A stretch of 64,000 nt of DNA from positions 93,437 to 157,436 of the forward strand of contig LCFP01000003.1 of NCBI GenBank assembly GCA_000999095.1, read 5' to 3'. A model generated the notes under the pieces. The model saw nothing but the letters and a program-made list of their open reading frames with translations, was not told the origin of the DNA and did not search any database. Positions 18,142 through 29,531 of the stretch are shown one piece after another; position 1 is the first letter of the stretch, and the number at the start of each line of letters is the position of its first letter. This stretch comes from Candidatus Gottesmanbacteria bacterium GW2011_GWA2_43_14 (lineage in GTDB: Bacteria; Patescibacteriota; Microgenomatia; 2-02-FULL-39-11). A program made the position numbers and the translations under genes.

Positions 18142-18807
18142 ATGGAGAAAAGCAATCCCAAGTTGAAAAATTATTTTCTCTATCTATTCGGGATCGCACT
18201 GGCTGCTCTGGTTTTGATAATGCTGTTTTCCAAAAATCCTTCATCAACTACCGCCCCGGACGAATCGGGACAACCTTCGCCTGAGACAAGCGGGCAGTAT
18301 CCGGCACCGCCGGTAAATTCTCTGAAAGCTGACGGGAAATACCAGGCGGTCATCGCCACTGACGAAGGGGAGATAACCGTGGATTTGTTTTCCGAAGAAA
18401 CCCCGGTGACTGTCAATAATTTCGTTTTTCTCTCCCGCGAAGGCTTTTATGACGGGACAATTTTCCACAGGGTGATTGCGGATTTCATGATCCAGGGAGG
18501 CGATCCGAACGGAGACGGCAGCGGAGGGCCCGGATATATTTTTAACGACGAAAAAATCACGCTGGATTATGAAAGAGGCATGGTAGCCATGGCCAACAGG
18601 GGTCCGAATACCAACGGCAGCCAGTTTTTCATTATGCACAAGGATTATGAACTTCCCAAAGACTACGTCATTTTCGGCCAGGTCACCAAAGGTATGGAAA
18701 CAGTAGACAAAATAGCTACCGTCGAAACGACCGATACCGGCTCCGGTGAAAAATCCACACCTGTTGCCCCCGTCAAAGTAAACAAAGTGACAATCACCGA
18801 ATCCTGA
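18142..18807 (+). CDS. ppiB: peptidyl-prolyl cis-trans isomerase, cyclophilin type
   Basis: FHRVIADFMIQGGDP and GMVAMANRGPNTNGSQFFI cyclophilin signatures. N-terminal TM anchor. Confidence 0.85.
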   Translation: MEKSNPKLKNYFLYLFGIALAALVLIMLFSKNPSSTTAPDESGQPSPETSGQYPAPPVNSLKADGKYQAVIATDEGEITVDLFSEETPVTVNNFVFLSREGFYDGTIFHRVIADFMIQGGDPNGDGSGGPGYIFNDEKITLDYERGMVAMANRGPNTNGSQFFIMHKDYELPKDYVIFGQVTKGMETVDKIATVETTDTGSGEKSTPVAPVKVNKVTITES

Positions 18808-18817
18808 TAATCCGGAA

Positions 18818-20998
18818 TTATTTTACAACGGGCCAGGGGGAGACAATCAGGGGAACCCTGTTTTCGGGGGATAGTTGCTTATTCAATTCCTCGGTGATGA
18901 ACGGCATGAAGGGATGCAGAAGTTTCAGCGAAGTTATAAAAACATGCGTTAAAACTGCCAGAGCTTGCCGGTCGTAGTTTTTCAAACGGTCTTTTACGGC
19001 CTCGATGTATTTATCGGCAAGTGAATGCCAGAGGAATTCATAAAGTGCTTCCGCCCCCTTGTCAAAACGGAATTCTTCAACCGTTTCGGTGACTACCTCC
19101 GTAAGTTTCGTTAATTCTCCGAGGATTTTTTTATCTTCGGCATTGGTTGATTTTTCAACCGATAAATTTTCAGGATATTTTTTCTGATTGCGGTAACTTT
19201 CCCGGTGCATTTTGACAAATCTGCCGATATTCCAGAGTTTGTTGGAAAAATTGCGCATGCCCCGGATTTTATCCTCTGACATCGGCACGTCATTGCCGAA
19301 AGCAGTGCCGAAAACGAGAGCCATCCTGAGGGCATCGGCTCCGTAAAGATCTGCCATCGACAGCGGGTTGATGACATTGCCGCGGCTTTTGCTCATCTTT
19401 TGTCCTTTGGCATCCCGGACCAGACCGTGAAGGCAGACGGTTTGAAAGGGAATTTCGCCTGTAGCATATAGGCCTAGCATGATCATGCGGCAGACCCACC
19501 AGGGGAGGATATCGTAGCCGGTTTCCATAACGGAAGTCGGATAAAAATATCCAAAATCTTTTTTGCTGTTAACTTCCAGGGTGGCAAAAGGCCACTGGCC
19601 TGAGGAAAACCAGGTATCAAAAGTATCCGGGTCCTGTTCAAGATTTTGCCCTTTGCATTTCGGGCAGGAGGAAGGAGAATTGCCGTCAGTGACAATCCAT
19701 TCATCATTTCGGCAATCCAGGCATTTCCAGGCAGGAATCCTGATGCCCCAGACCACCTGGCGGCTGATGTTCCAGTCACGGAAATTAGTAAGCCACTGCA
19801 AGGCAATTTTTTCATATCTTTTGGGAGCAAATTTTATTTTTTTGCTTTTTACGGAAGCTATGGCTTTATCGGCCAATGGTCTGATCTTGATATACCACTG
19901 GGGCAGAGGCAACGGTTCAATGGTTGCGCCGCATTTATAACAGGTGCCGATGCGGTGGGTATATTTTTCATCAGTTTTTATAAGCAGTCCGTCAGCTTTG
20001 AGATCTTCGACCATCAGATCCCTGGCAGCTTTTACTTTTTTGCCGTGATACTTTTCCGCCCGCGCCCTGTATTTGGGGTCTATATTTTTTTGTGACAAGA
20101 ACCAGGAAAAATCCATACGGCCGGCAAAATCAATGATGGGAGTAACAGACAGGTTGAATTTATGCCCAAGCTCAAAATCATGAGGGTCATGGGCCGGGGT
20201 CACTTTCATGATTCCGGTACCGAAGTCCGGATCTACCTCAGGATCAGGAATAACTGTCATTTTAACCGGCCCCAAGAGCCCCATGATTTCAAAAGTTTTG
20301 CCGAGGGATGATTTGTATCTCTTGTCATCGGGATTGACTGCCAATGCCGTGTCACGGAATTTTGTCTCGGGCCTGGATGTGGCGATCGTAAACGGACCGT
20401 ACTTCATATAATAAAGCGGGTCTGTTCTTTCCACATAGAGCACTTCCAAGTCGGAGAAACCGGTGCCGTCTTTGGTGCAATAATTGACCAGCCGGTTATC
20501 TCGGTATAAAAGCCCGTCGTCATGGAGTTTTTTAAAAGTGCGGTGGACGATTTTAATAATTTCCGGATCAAGCGTAAAGACCTGGCGGGACCAGTCCAGG
20601 GAGAATCCCAGACGGCGCAACTGGTTTTCCATATTGCCGCGGTTTTCGTGGACGAAATCCCAGATCATTTTATAAAGGGTTTCCCTGTCAAAATCGAAGC
20701 GGCTTTTGCCTTCTTTCTGCAGTTTTTTTTCAAATACAAACTGAGTTTCAAAACCGGCATGGTCAGCGCCCGGCAGCCAGAGGGTGGCATCACCTTTCAT
20801 GCGATGGTAGCGGATCATGATGTCTTCAACCGTATACATGGCATGTCCCAGATGTAAATCGGCATTGGCATTGGGCGGAGGCAGGATGATTGCGAAGGGT
20901 GTTTTAACTTTATTCGCTTCGGGTCTAAAGTACCCTTTTTTCTCCCAGAAGGTATACCAATTTTTTTCAATTTCCTGATGTTTGTAGCGTTTATCCAT
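18818..20998 (-). CDS. valS: valine--tRNA ligase (short form)
   Basis: PPPNANADLHLGHA (HIGH), IMIRYHRMKG, DHAGFETQ, editing-domain SRPETKFRDTALAVNPDD and KMSKSRGNVI. Probable start at MDKRYKHQ; the ORF track extends to 21094. Confidence 0.8.
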   Translation of the reverse strand: MDKRYKHQEIEKNWYTFWEKKGYFRPEANKVKTPFAIILPPPNANADLHLGHAMYTVEDIMIRYHRMKGDATLWLPGADHAGFETQFVFEKKLQKEGKSRFDFDRETLYKMIWDFVHENRGNMENQLRRLGFSLDWSRQVFTLDPEIIKIVHRTFKKLHDDGLLYRDNRLVNYCTKDGTGFSDLEVLYVERTDPLYYMKYGPFTIATSRPETKFRDTALAVNPDDKRYKSSLGKTFEIMGLLGPVKMTVIPDPEVDPDFGTGIMKVTPAHDPHDFELGHKFNLSVTPIIDFAGRMDFSWFLSQKNIDPKYRARAEKYHGKKVKAARDLMVEDLKADGLLIKTDEKYTHRIGTCYKCGATIEPLPLPQWYIKIRPLADKAIASVKSKKIKFAPKRYEKIALQWLTNFRDWNISRQVVWGIRIPAWKCLDCRNDEWIVTDGNSPSSCPKCKGQNLEQDPDTFDTWFSSGQWPFATLEVNSKKDFGYFYPTSVMETGYDILPWWVCRMIMLGLYATGEIPFQTVCLHGLVRDAKGQKMSKSRGNVINPLSMADLYGADALRMALVFGTAFGNDVPMSEDKIRGMRNFSNKLWNIGRFVKMHRESYRNQKKYPENLSVEKSTNAEDKKILGELTKLTEVVTETVEEFRFDKGAEALYEFLWHSLADKYIEAVKDRLKNYDRQALAVLTHVFITSLKLLHPFMPFITEELNKQLSPENRVPLIVSPWPVVK

Positions 20999-21008
20999 AA
21001 GATTTGGG

Positions 21009-22037
21009 CTAATTATACTCCACTTCCATGCCAGGCTGTGCCTCAACCTGACGCCAGGGGGCGGCCTTGCCCCGGAAAAAAGCATAAGCGGCAATATAAG
21101 ACGCGTTGTCAGTACAGAGGTTTGGGGGAGGAATATGGAGAGAAATTTCGGATTTTGACCTTTTGATTTCCGATTTCATTTTTTCAGTCAGCCGGCTGTT
21201 GGCGGCAACTCCGCCTCCGACCAGCAGGCTTTTCACCTGATGGATTTGGGAAGCCCTGAGCGTTTTTTTTACCAGGACATCTGTGATGGCCTCTTCTATT
21301 TCCAAAGCCAGTTCCGCTTTTTGCCCGGAGGTAATACCCGCTTTTCCCATTTTTTGGACTTCCCTTAAAACAGCTGTTTTAAGCCCTGAAAATGAAAAAT
21401 TCAAATTGTCAGTTCCTGTCATCGGACGGGGCAGGCGGATGCCTGAAAGTGATTTTTTTAGGCGGATTCCGGCTGCTGCTTTTGCTATGGCCGGTCCTCC
21501 CGGGTAACCCAAGCCTAAAAGCCGGGCAGTCTTGTCAAAAGCTTCTCCGGCTGCATCATCCAGGGTCCCTCCCAACCAGATAATTTCCCGGTGGCTTTTA
21601 AGAAGGTAAAGTTCAGTGTGGCCTCCGGAGACTACCAGGCCAAGAGAGGGAAATACAGGAGGATTTTCAGGTTTTAGAAAATTTGCATAAAGATGGGCTA
21701 AAACATGGTTGACGGGAATAAGGGGTTTTCCACAGGCTAAGCTGAGCGTTTTGGCCGCTTCGACACCGACTAGTAGCGAGCCGATAAGTCCGGGACCGAC
21801 GGTTACGGCTATGGCATCAATGTTCTGCAGAGCAGTTCCGGAGATTTCCAACGCTTCATTAATGGTCGGGATAATGCACCTGACCTGCTCGCGGGCAGCT
21901 TTTTCAGGTATGATGCCTCCGTATTTTTCATGCATCCACATTGATGAGGAAACAATGTTTGAGAGGATGGTTGTGCCGTCTCGAACTACCGCTGCGGCGG
22001 TCTCATCGCAGGAAGATTCTATACCCAGGATGATCAT
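21009..22037 (-). CDS. tsaD: tRNA N6-adenosine threonylcarbamoyltransferase TsaD
   Basis: MIILGIESSCDETAAAVV start and Kae1/TsaD His-motif (VNHVLAHL), VSGGVAANSRL. Confidence 0.9.
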   Translation of the reverse strand: MIILGIESSCDETAAAVVRDGTTILSNIVSSSMWMHEKYGGIIPEKAAREQVRCIIPTINEALEISGTALQNIDAIAVTVGPGLIGSLLVGVEAAKTLSLACGKPLIPVNHVLAHLYANFLKPENPPVFPSLGLVVSGGHTELYLLKSHREIIWLGGTLDDAAGEAFDKTARLLGLGYPGGPAIAKAAAGIRLKKSLSGIRLPRPMTGTDNLNFSFSGLKTAVLREVQKMGKAGITSGQKAELALEIEEAITDVLVKKTLRASQIHQVKSLLVGGGVAANSRLTEKMKSEIKRSKSEISLHIPPPNLCTDNASYIAAYAFFRGKAAPWRQVEAQPGMEVEYN

Positions 22038-22525
22038 AAATGCTCTTTCTTCAGAAGATCCGCAATCCGTGATGATGACAGGGATTTATTGAAGGGCAAG
22101 ACTTTCAATTGGCCACCGCTTTTTTCCGCCTGGCTTTTTTTGAGATCAAGCAAAGGATCATTGTCGGTTGCGGCGATCACATCAGGCTCCAGCCTTCTGA
22201 TTAACTCATCGTAACCGGCATCCGATTCAATAAGAGGCAACATGACAATAAAAGCTACCGAAGTCAGTGAGGCTAGCATTTCCGCCCGCTCTTTTTGGGA
22301 AAAGACAGGCCTGAGCTCGCCTTTCAGAAGTCTCACTTTTTCATCCGGTTCCAGTAAAATGAACACTCTGCCTCCCAATTTTTCCGCTGAACGGATGAAT
22401 TTGATATGTCCCGGGTGGAGAATGTCAAAACAGCCGCCGACGACAGTAACTACAGTCCGACTTTTCTTATAGGATTTAATTATCGCTTCTGCTTTTTTAA
22501 CTGAAATTATTTTGTTAACCGGCAT
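22034..22525 (-). CDS. cytidylyltransferase-family nucleotidyltransferase (HldE domain-II-like, ADP-heptose-synthase-like)
   Basis: VVGGCFDILHPGHIKFI (HxGH), LEPDEKVRLLKG and RPVFSQKERAEMLASL parallel the RfaE/HldE adenylyltransferase domain. Confidence 0.55.
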   Translation of the reverse strand: MPVNKIISVKKAEAIIKSYKKSRTVVTVVGGCFDILHPGHIKFIRSAEKLGGRVFILLEPDEKVRLLKGELRPVFSQKERAEMLASLTSVAFIVMLPLIESDAGYDELIRRLEPDVIAATDNDPLLDLKKSQAEKSGGQLKVLPFNKSLSSSRIADLLKKEHL

Positions 22526-22554
22526 GTGTCTAGCTATATCACACCTGGTGTGTG
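22524..22554. repeat. REP-like palindromic element copy 1 (ATGTGTCTAGCTATATCACACCTGGTGTGtgc)
   Basis: Read directly. Its 3' arm is degenerate. It sits in the 35-bp gap between two minus-strand genes. Confidence 0.6.
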
Positions 22555-22559
22555 CAGAA

Positions 22560-24029
22560 TTATACTTTTGTCCCTCTCATAAAAACGGCCTGCCATGGTT
22601 GGAAGGAAGAGAAGAAAGTTTTTTCAATCAGGGTTTCGTTATTGCGTGTCACCCGGTAGGTAAAACTGGTTTTCGCTCCCCACGCTTTCCAATCAACCTG
22701 TTTGACGACGCCGTTGTTTAAAGTGGGGTCGTCGATGTAAAGATCATCCGGCGGGGCTGCCTGGGATAGGATAATCGGTTTACCGACTTCGGCCACCCTG
22801 CCGTCGGCAGTCCCGTAAAGTTCAAAAGTCAGGCCATAATTGGCTTTATCGGTTTTAGCCTGGATAAGCAGGTAATTGCCGGTATCGTTTTTGAATTTTA
22901 AATCCACACTGGGTGCGAAAACAGTAGCGTCAATACCCGGTCCGGAATCCTGCTCATAATAGCTGACGCGGTAGGAATGGGCATGCCTTTCTTCGATAGG
23001 CAGTCCCGCGGCAAGGGCAGCCCGGAAAAGAGTGGTTGATACCTGGCAAACTCCGCCCCCGTCGCCAAGAACGGTCCGGCCGTCTTTAATAATGTAGGCA
23101 GCCTGGAAACCCGTGGCCGCCGACACATCCCCGAGAGCTTCATTAAAGGAAAAAATTTCGTCGGGAGCAATCAGGCGGCCATTGAACCGGGAAGCGGCCA
23201 GTTCCACATTGTGTACGCGGCCGGGAATCGAACCCGTAAATCTTGAGGTGCCGACCCCCACCAGTTCCTTAATGCCGAAATCATTGGAATTTTCGGTGGT
23301 TACGGCCGGTTCCAGTTTTTCCACCGGTAATTTCAGGCGGTAAGCAACAGGCGGGGATGATCCCCGGTCAATTTCTTCAAAATAAGCCAGTATCATGGAA
23401 GTAGTTTTATCCCTGTTTAAGGCAAGACCGCTTTTTGACGGAGTAAAGAGGAGTACTTTGCCCTCTTCAAATTTAAAAGTGGCATCCTGCGCAGGCCGGT
23501 TAACCAGGGAAGCGAAATAATCCAGGTTTTCCTCCAGGATCTGCGGGTTAAAGCGGAAAACACTGTCAAGATTTGTGCCGAGGGAAGCAGCCTGCCATTT
23601 CTGGTAAAGGTCAGACAAAAAATTGCCTGACCGGCCCAATGAAAAAGCCTGGTCAGCCGAAAGTCGGCCGTCATAGGAAGCTTCCAGCTCGACGGCTGAG
23701 ATAGTGGCTGTTTTGTCTTCATATGACATGATAATCGAAGCATCAGTAAAAACGGCACTTTTTGCCTCAAAATGGCGGATGACGTCTTCTCTGGTTTTAC
23801 CGCCAAAAGGCAAGCTGTCGATGGTCACACCGGGGTAAATCCGGTCACTATAGATATTGTCGTAATGAAGATAGGCGCTTACCAGAAAAACCACCATCAG
23901 AAGCGACAAAAGAAAGGGCACGAGAAGTAGGATTTTTAACAGCCTTTTGTGGCCGTACAAACGGTGCAAATGCCCGTAATTCAGTTTATCTTCCGGTGTG
24001 TTTTGTTTATTCTTTTTAGCCTTGACCAT
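22560..24029 (-). CDS. VanW-family protein
   Basis: N-terminal TM, then GDGGGVCQVSTTLFRAALAAGLPIEERHAHSY, a hallmark of the VanW domain. Confidence 0.7.
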   Translation of the reverse strand: MVKAKKNKQNTPEDKLNYGHLHRLYGHKRLLKILLLVPFLLSLLMVVFLVSAYLHYDNIYSDRIYPGVTIDSLPFGGKTREDVIRHFEAKSAVFTDASIIMSYEDKTATISAVELEASYDGRLSADQAFSLGRSGNFLSDLYQKWQAASLGTNLDSVFRFNPQILEENLDYFASLVNRPAQDATFKFEEGKVLLFTPSKSGLALNRDKTTSMILAYFEEIDRGSSPPVAYRLKLPVEKLEPAVTTENSNDFGIKELVGVGTSRFTGSIPGRVHNVELAASRFNGRLIAPDEIFSFNEALGDVSAATGFQAAYIIKDGRTVLGDGGGVCQVSTTLFRAALAAGLPIEERHAHSYRVSYYEQDSGPGIDATVFAPSVDLKFKNDTGNYLLIQAKTDKANYGLTFELYGTADGRVAEVGKPIILSQAAPPDDLYIDDPTLNNGVVKQVDWKAWGAKTSFTYRVTRNNETLIEKTFFSSFQPWQAVFMRGTKV

Positions 24030-25620
24030 GGTTAAATATTGCGGTTATGATAGCATAAGAATGGGTGACTCAGCAAAAGACGGTTCAAGCGGGGAGATCT
24101 TTTCCGGAAAAGAGCAATCAGCTTATCAGGAAGCCATGCAGGCTCCGGAAGAGGACCTTCATGTCCGGGAGGAACCTTACCAACAAACGGAAAGCCAGAC
24201 CGAACAGCCAGGCCTGGATATGCCGCCACCTCCTGACGGACAGCCGCCGCCACCCTTTGTCGAAGACAACCGCAAGAAATTTCTCTTTATTTTCATCTTC
24301 ATCATTTTTATCGTCGTGGTAGGACTGTTTGCTTTCAGCCTGGTCCGGGGCAGAGGTCAAAAACCGCAGGAAACGGAAAAAATTACCCTGAATTATTGGG
24401 GCTTGTGGGAGGAACCCGAGGTAATGCGTCCGGTATTTGATGAATATACAGCAAAAAATCCGCACATAACTGTTAACTATCAAAGGCAGGATCCTGTCCA
24501 GTACCGAGAACGTCTTACGGCCGCAATCGACCGGGATGAGGGTCCTGACATTTTCCGTTTTCACAATACCTGGCTGCCGATGTTGGCAAACCATCTGGAC
24601 AGCCTGCCAAATGAAATCTATTCGGCTGAGGAATTCGCAAAGATGTTTTACCCTGTTGCCGTAAAAGATCTGAAATCCGGAGATAATTTTTACGGCCTGC
24701 CCCTGGAAATAGACGGACTGGTTCTGTTTTACAATACGGACATTCTTGAGGGAGCAAATGTAGCTATCCCCAAAACCTGGGTAGATGTGCAAAATGCGGT
24801 CAGCAAACTGACCGTTAAGGAAGAAAACCGGATAGTCACTTCCAGCATATCCCTGGGTACGGCGGAAAATATTGCCCATTTCAGCGATATATTGGGCCTG
24901 ATGCTGCTGCAGAACGGCACGGTTCTTTCGAAATCATTGTTTAGCTGTGCCGACAGTTCGACTGTAAACTGCGGTGTGGAAGCCCTGACTTTTTACCGGA
25001 AGTTCGCTGATGAGCCGAACAATACCTGGGATTTGACGCTGGAAAATTCACTGGCAGCTTTTGCAGGTGGAAAAACAGCCATGATGCTGGCTCCCAGCTG
25101 GCAGGCAATAACCGTAAACACCATGAACCCTGACTTGAATTTCAAAACCGCTCAGGTACCCCAGTTGCCATGCGACCGCGATCCCTGCCCGGGTGTCAAC
25201 TGGGCGTCTTACTGGGTGGAGGGGGTGTCAGCCAAATCCGTCAGTAAAGATGAAGCCTGGAAATTGTTAAAATTCCTGACACAACCTGAGACGATGAGAA
25301 AACTTTATGCTGAACAGGTGAAAATGAGGAAACTTTCCGGGGAACCGTATTCACGGGTCGAAATGGGCAAAGAGCTTTCTGATAATCCCTACGTAAGCTC
25401 TGTCATCGCCAGCGCTCCCAGCATGCAGTCTTTTTATCTGGCTTCCCAAACATATGATGGGGAAACAGGCATCAATACGAGTCTGATTACCTATTTGAAG
25501 GACGCTGTCAACTCGTTGGAGCAGGGCAGCTCCAGCGAGACTGCCCTTAAGACAGCTGAAAGCGGTTTCGATCAGGTGCTCATCAGATTCGGTTTAAAGG
25601 AAGCCCCGCCCGAAGAATAA
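23998..25620 (+). CDS. extracellular solute-binding protein (ABC-type, family 1-like), membrane anchored
   Basis: N-terminal Pro-rich segment plus TM, then LNYWGLWEEPEVMRPVFDEY...PSWQAITVN, as in sugar/oligosaccharide SBPs. No permease or ATPase genes are adjacent. Confidence 0.55.
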   Translation: MFCLFFLALTMVKYCGYDSIRMGDSAKDGSSGEIFSGKEQSAYQEAMQAPEEDLHVREEPYQQTESQTEQPGLDMPPPPDGQPPPPFVEDNRKKFLFIFIFIIFIVVVGLFAFSLVRGRGQKPQETEKITLNYWGLWEEPEVMRPVFDEYTAKNPHITVNYQRQDPVQYRERLTAAIDRDEGPDIFRFHNTWLPMLANHLDSLPNEIYSAEEFAKMFYPVAVKDLKSGDNFYGLPLEIDGLVLFYNTDILEGANVAIPKTWVDVQNAVSKLTVKEENRIVTSSISLGTAENIAHFSDILGLMLLQNGTVLSKSLFSCADSSTVNCGVEALTFYRKFADEPNNTWDLTLENSLAAFAGGKTAMMLAPSWQAITVNTMNPDLNFKTAQVPQLPCDRDPCPGVNWASYWVEGVSAKSVSKDEAWKLLKFLTQPETMRKLYAEQVKMRKLSGEPYSRVEMGKELSDNPYVSSVIASAPSMQSFYLASQTYDGETGINTSLITYLKDAVNSLEQGSSSETALKTAESGFDQVLIRFGLKEAPPEE

Positions 25621-25627
25621 AAACCTT

Positions 25628-26500
25628 ATGTCTCTATCCCTTGAGGATGCCATCATCCGCACCATTTGCTATGCAGACGTATTTGATTTTCCACTCACCA
25701 TTCCCGAAGTCAGAAAATATCTGATAGGTTTCAGTTTGCCTGGTTTAAAAGAAAAAGACCTGATAAAAAAAGTTAAATACCTCCCGGATATATCCTCTAA
25801 GTCCGGTTACTATTTTTTAAAAGGCCGGGAAACCAATGTTTCCGGGCGTCTTAGAAAAGAATATTTTTCCGGTCAAAAATACAAACTTCTTCAAAAAATA
25901 TTAAAATTCATGACTTTCTGGCCCCAGGTTTTAATGATAGGAGTAACTGGTACCCTGGCCATGAATAACGCCGACCGGGATGATGACATCGATCTGCTTC
26001 TCGTTTCCGACAGCAGGCAATTGTGGACTACCAGGTTTCTGGTGGTCAGCCTGCTTAAGACTTTGGGTTTATACAGAAATCCCAAGGATACAAAAGTAAA
26101 CAATAAAATCTGTTTAAATATGTATTTGGATGAAAATCACCTCGAATTACCTGTGGCTGAAAGAGATTTATACAGCGCCCATGAAATCATCCAGCTCCTG
26201 CCGGTTTATGACCGGGGAGGATATTATCAGAAATTCCGGTCTTCAAACAGCTGGGTCAACCAGTTTTTGCCGAATAGCGAAGTTTTTGCCGGTAACAATT
26301 CAGAAAATCCTTCCGGAAAAAGCCGACAGGAGCTATTTACCGAATCCATTTTACGGAAAATCCAGCTCTGGAAAATCAACAAAAACCTGTCCAATGAAGT
26401 CATCCGGCCGGGATTCCTGCGGTTTCACCCCCATGACAACAGGGAAAAAATTCTTAAGAAATACCAGCACAATCTGCAAAAAATTCATACAATCCCCTGA
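25628..26500 (+). CDS. hypothetical protein with nucleotidyltransferase-fold motif
   Basis: GVTGTLAMNNADRDDDIDLLLV matches the Pol-beta-like NTase G[SG]...D.D pattern. Confidence 0.35.
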   Translation: MSLSLEDAIIRTICYADVFDFPLTIPEVRKYLIGFSLPGLKEKDLIKKVKYLPDISSKSGYYFLKGRETNVSGRLRKEYFSGQKYKLLQKILKFMTFWPQVLMIGVTGTLAMNNADRDDDIDLLLVSDSRQLWTTRFLVVSLLKTLGLYRNPKDTKVNNKICLNMYLDENHLELPVAERDLYSAHEIIQLLPVYDRGGYYQKFRSSNSWVNQFLPNSEVFAGNNSENPSGKSRQELFTESILRKIQLWKINKNLSNEVIRPGFLRFHPHDNREKILKKYQHNLQKIHTIP

Positions 26501-26561
26501 TAAATTATGTTAATATAGATAATTATCTATTTATTAATTCATTACCTGTAAGGAGGATTTT

Positions 26562-26963
26562 ATGAAGATGAATCCCGTAATTCATTTTGAAATGTCCGCG
26601 GACAATCAGAACCGCGCGGCTGAATTTTATGCCAAAGTTTTCGGCTGGCAGTATAAAAAGACCGGAGCTGAAATGGGAAATTATGTCGTCGTGTCAACTA
26701 CCGAATCAGACGAAAAAGGCCCGAAGAAACCGGGGGCTATAAACGGCGGGCTTTACGATAGGTCGCAGGTTAAACCTGACCAGCAGTACCCATCGGTTGT
26801 CATCCATGTTGAGGATTACAAGGAGCACATGGAGAAAATTGAGAAGGAAGGCGGCAAAATTCTCGGCGAACCAATGGAAATCCCGGGTGTCGGCTGGTAC
26901 GTTTCATTCAGGGATACGGAAGGCAACAGGGTAGGCATCCTCCAGCCGATTCCTATGAATTAA
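26562..26963 (+). CDS. VOC-family (glyoxalase/bleomycin-resistance fold) protein
   Basis: HFEMSADNQNRAAEFYAKVFGW...GWYVSFRDTEGNRVGILQ. Confidence 0.65.
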   Translation: MKMNPVIHFEMSADNQNRAAEFYAKVFGWQYKKTGAEMGNYVVVSTTESDEKGPKKPGAINGGLYDRSQVKPDQQYPSVVIHVEDYKEHMEKIEKEGGKILGEPMEIPGVGWYVSFRDTEGNRVGILQPIPMN

Positions 26964-26964
26964 A

Positions 26965-27318
26965 ATGCTTAATCTGAATTCCATCATGCTGGGGACACGC
27001 AAGCCGAAAGTTCTGGCTGACTTTTACGAAAAGGTTTTGGCGAAAAAAGCGGACTGGTCAGAAAAAGGCTGGTACGGTTGGAAAATGGGAGAAGTAAGTT
27101 TTTCCATAGGGGAGCATTCCGAAGTTGAGGGTAAAGCCAAGGAACCGCAGAGAATTATATTTAATTTGGAAACCAAGAAAGTCAAAGAGGAGTTTGACAG
27201 GATCAAATCCGCCGGGGCCAGGGTAATCAAAGAGCCTTATGAAATGGGGGGAATGTGGATAGCCACTTTTGCCGACCCTGACGGAAATTATTTCCAGTTA
27301 ATGACTCCATGGGAATAG
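26965..27318 (+). CDS. VOC-family protein (second tandem copy)
   Basis: IMLGTRKPKVLADFYEKVL...GMWIATFADPDGNYFQL. It starts 2 nt after the previous gene. Confidence 0.6.
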   Translation: MLNLNSIMLGTRKPKVLADFYEKVLAKKADWSEKGWYGWKMGEVSFSIGEHSEVEGKAKEPQRIIFNLETKKVKEEFDRIKSAGARVIKEPYEMGGMWIATFADPDGNYFQLMTPWE

Positions 27319-27329
27319 GACTATACCTC

Positions 27330-27358
27330 TTGACAAGGAAATAATCTTCTTCTAAAAT
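27330..27358 (+). promoter_or_regulatory. sigma70-like promoter for groES-groEL (TTGACA-17-TAAAAT)
   Basis: Read directly: TTGACA 27330-27335, a 17-nt spacer, TAAAAT 27353-27358. Confidence 0.5.
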
Positions 27359-27383
27359 AGCAGTCATCTTAATTAAGTGCCAA
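27357..27383 (+). promoter_or_regulatory. degenerate CIRCE-like element (ATAGCAGTC-N9-AAGTGCCAA)
   Basis: Compared with TTAGCACTC-N9-GAGTGCTAA there are 2 mismatches per arm. The left arm matches the hrcA CIRCE left arm. Position immediately downstream of the -10 is typical. Confidence 0.35.
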
Positions 27384-27431
27384 AATTAAGGCAAAATTTA
27401 TAAAGATTAATAATTTAACAGGAGCCATATT

Positions 27432-27734
27432 ATGCAAATAAAACCGGGCAGCGTTAAACCCCTTTTTGATAATGTTCTGATCAAACCCCTGGAGGAAGAA
27501 TCCAAGACCCCGTCAGGCATCGTCCTTCCCGAAAGCGCCAAGGAAAAACCGCAGATCGGCCAGATTATGGCTGTCGGACCGGGAGCCATTGATGAGGACG
27601 GCAAAAGAATCCTCATGTCGGTTAAAGTCGGACAGAAAGTCATTTATAAAAAATGGGGCGGCAATGAAGTAAAAATCGATCACCAGGAATGGTTGGTGGT
27701 CGAACAGAAAGACATCATCGCCGTCATTGAGTAA
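27432..27734 (+). CDS. groES: co-chaperonin GroES
   Basis: MQIKPGSVKPLFDNVLIKP...IVLPESAKEKPQIGQIMAVGPG. Confidence 0.9.
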   Translation: MQIKPGSVKPLFDNVLIKPLEEESKTPSGIVLPESAKEKPQIGQIMAVGPGAIDEDGKRILMSVKVGQKVIYKKWGGNEVKIDHQEWLVVEQKDIIAVIE

Positions 27735-27752
27735 AGATTCATTATTAAATAA

Positions 27753-29420
<1,668 letters not shown>

Positions 29421-29440
29421 GTTAAACTTAAAATTAGAAA

Positions 29441-29473
29441 CAAAAAAAACCCTCCCAAGCAGAGGGTTTTTTT
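29441..29473 (+). terminator. rho-independent terminator after groEL
   Basis: A-tract, CCCTC stem, CCAAGCA loop, GAGGG stem, then TTTTTTT. Read directly. Confidence 0.7.
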
Positions 29474-29531
29474 ATGGAAAGAATAACTAATTTAGATTGA
29501 ATATGCCTTTCCTACGTGATATATTTAGCAC

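Noticed and set aside
24118-24879. 253-aa minus-strand ORF inside the solute-binding-protein gene
   Set aside because: Antisense to a better-supported CDS. Arg/Phe-rich composition is typical of a reverse-frame artefact.
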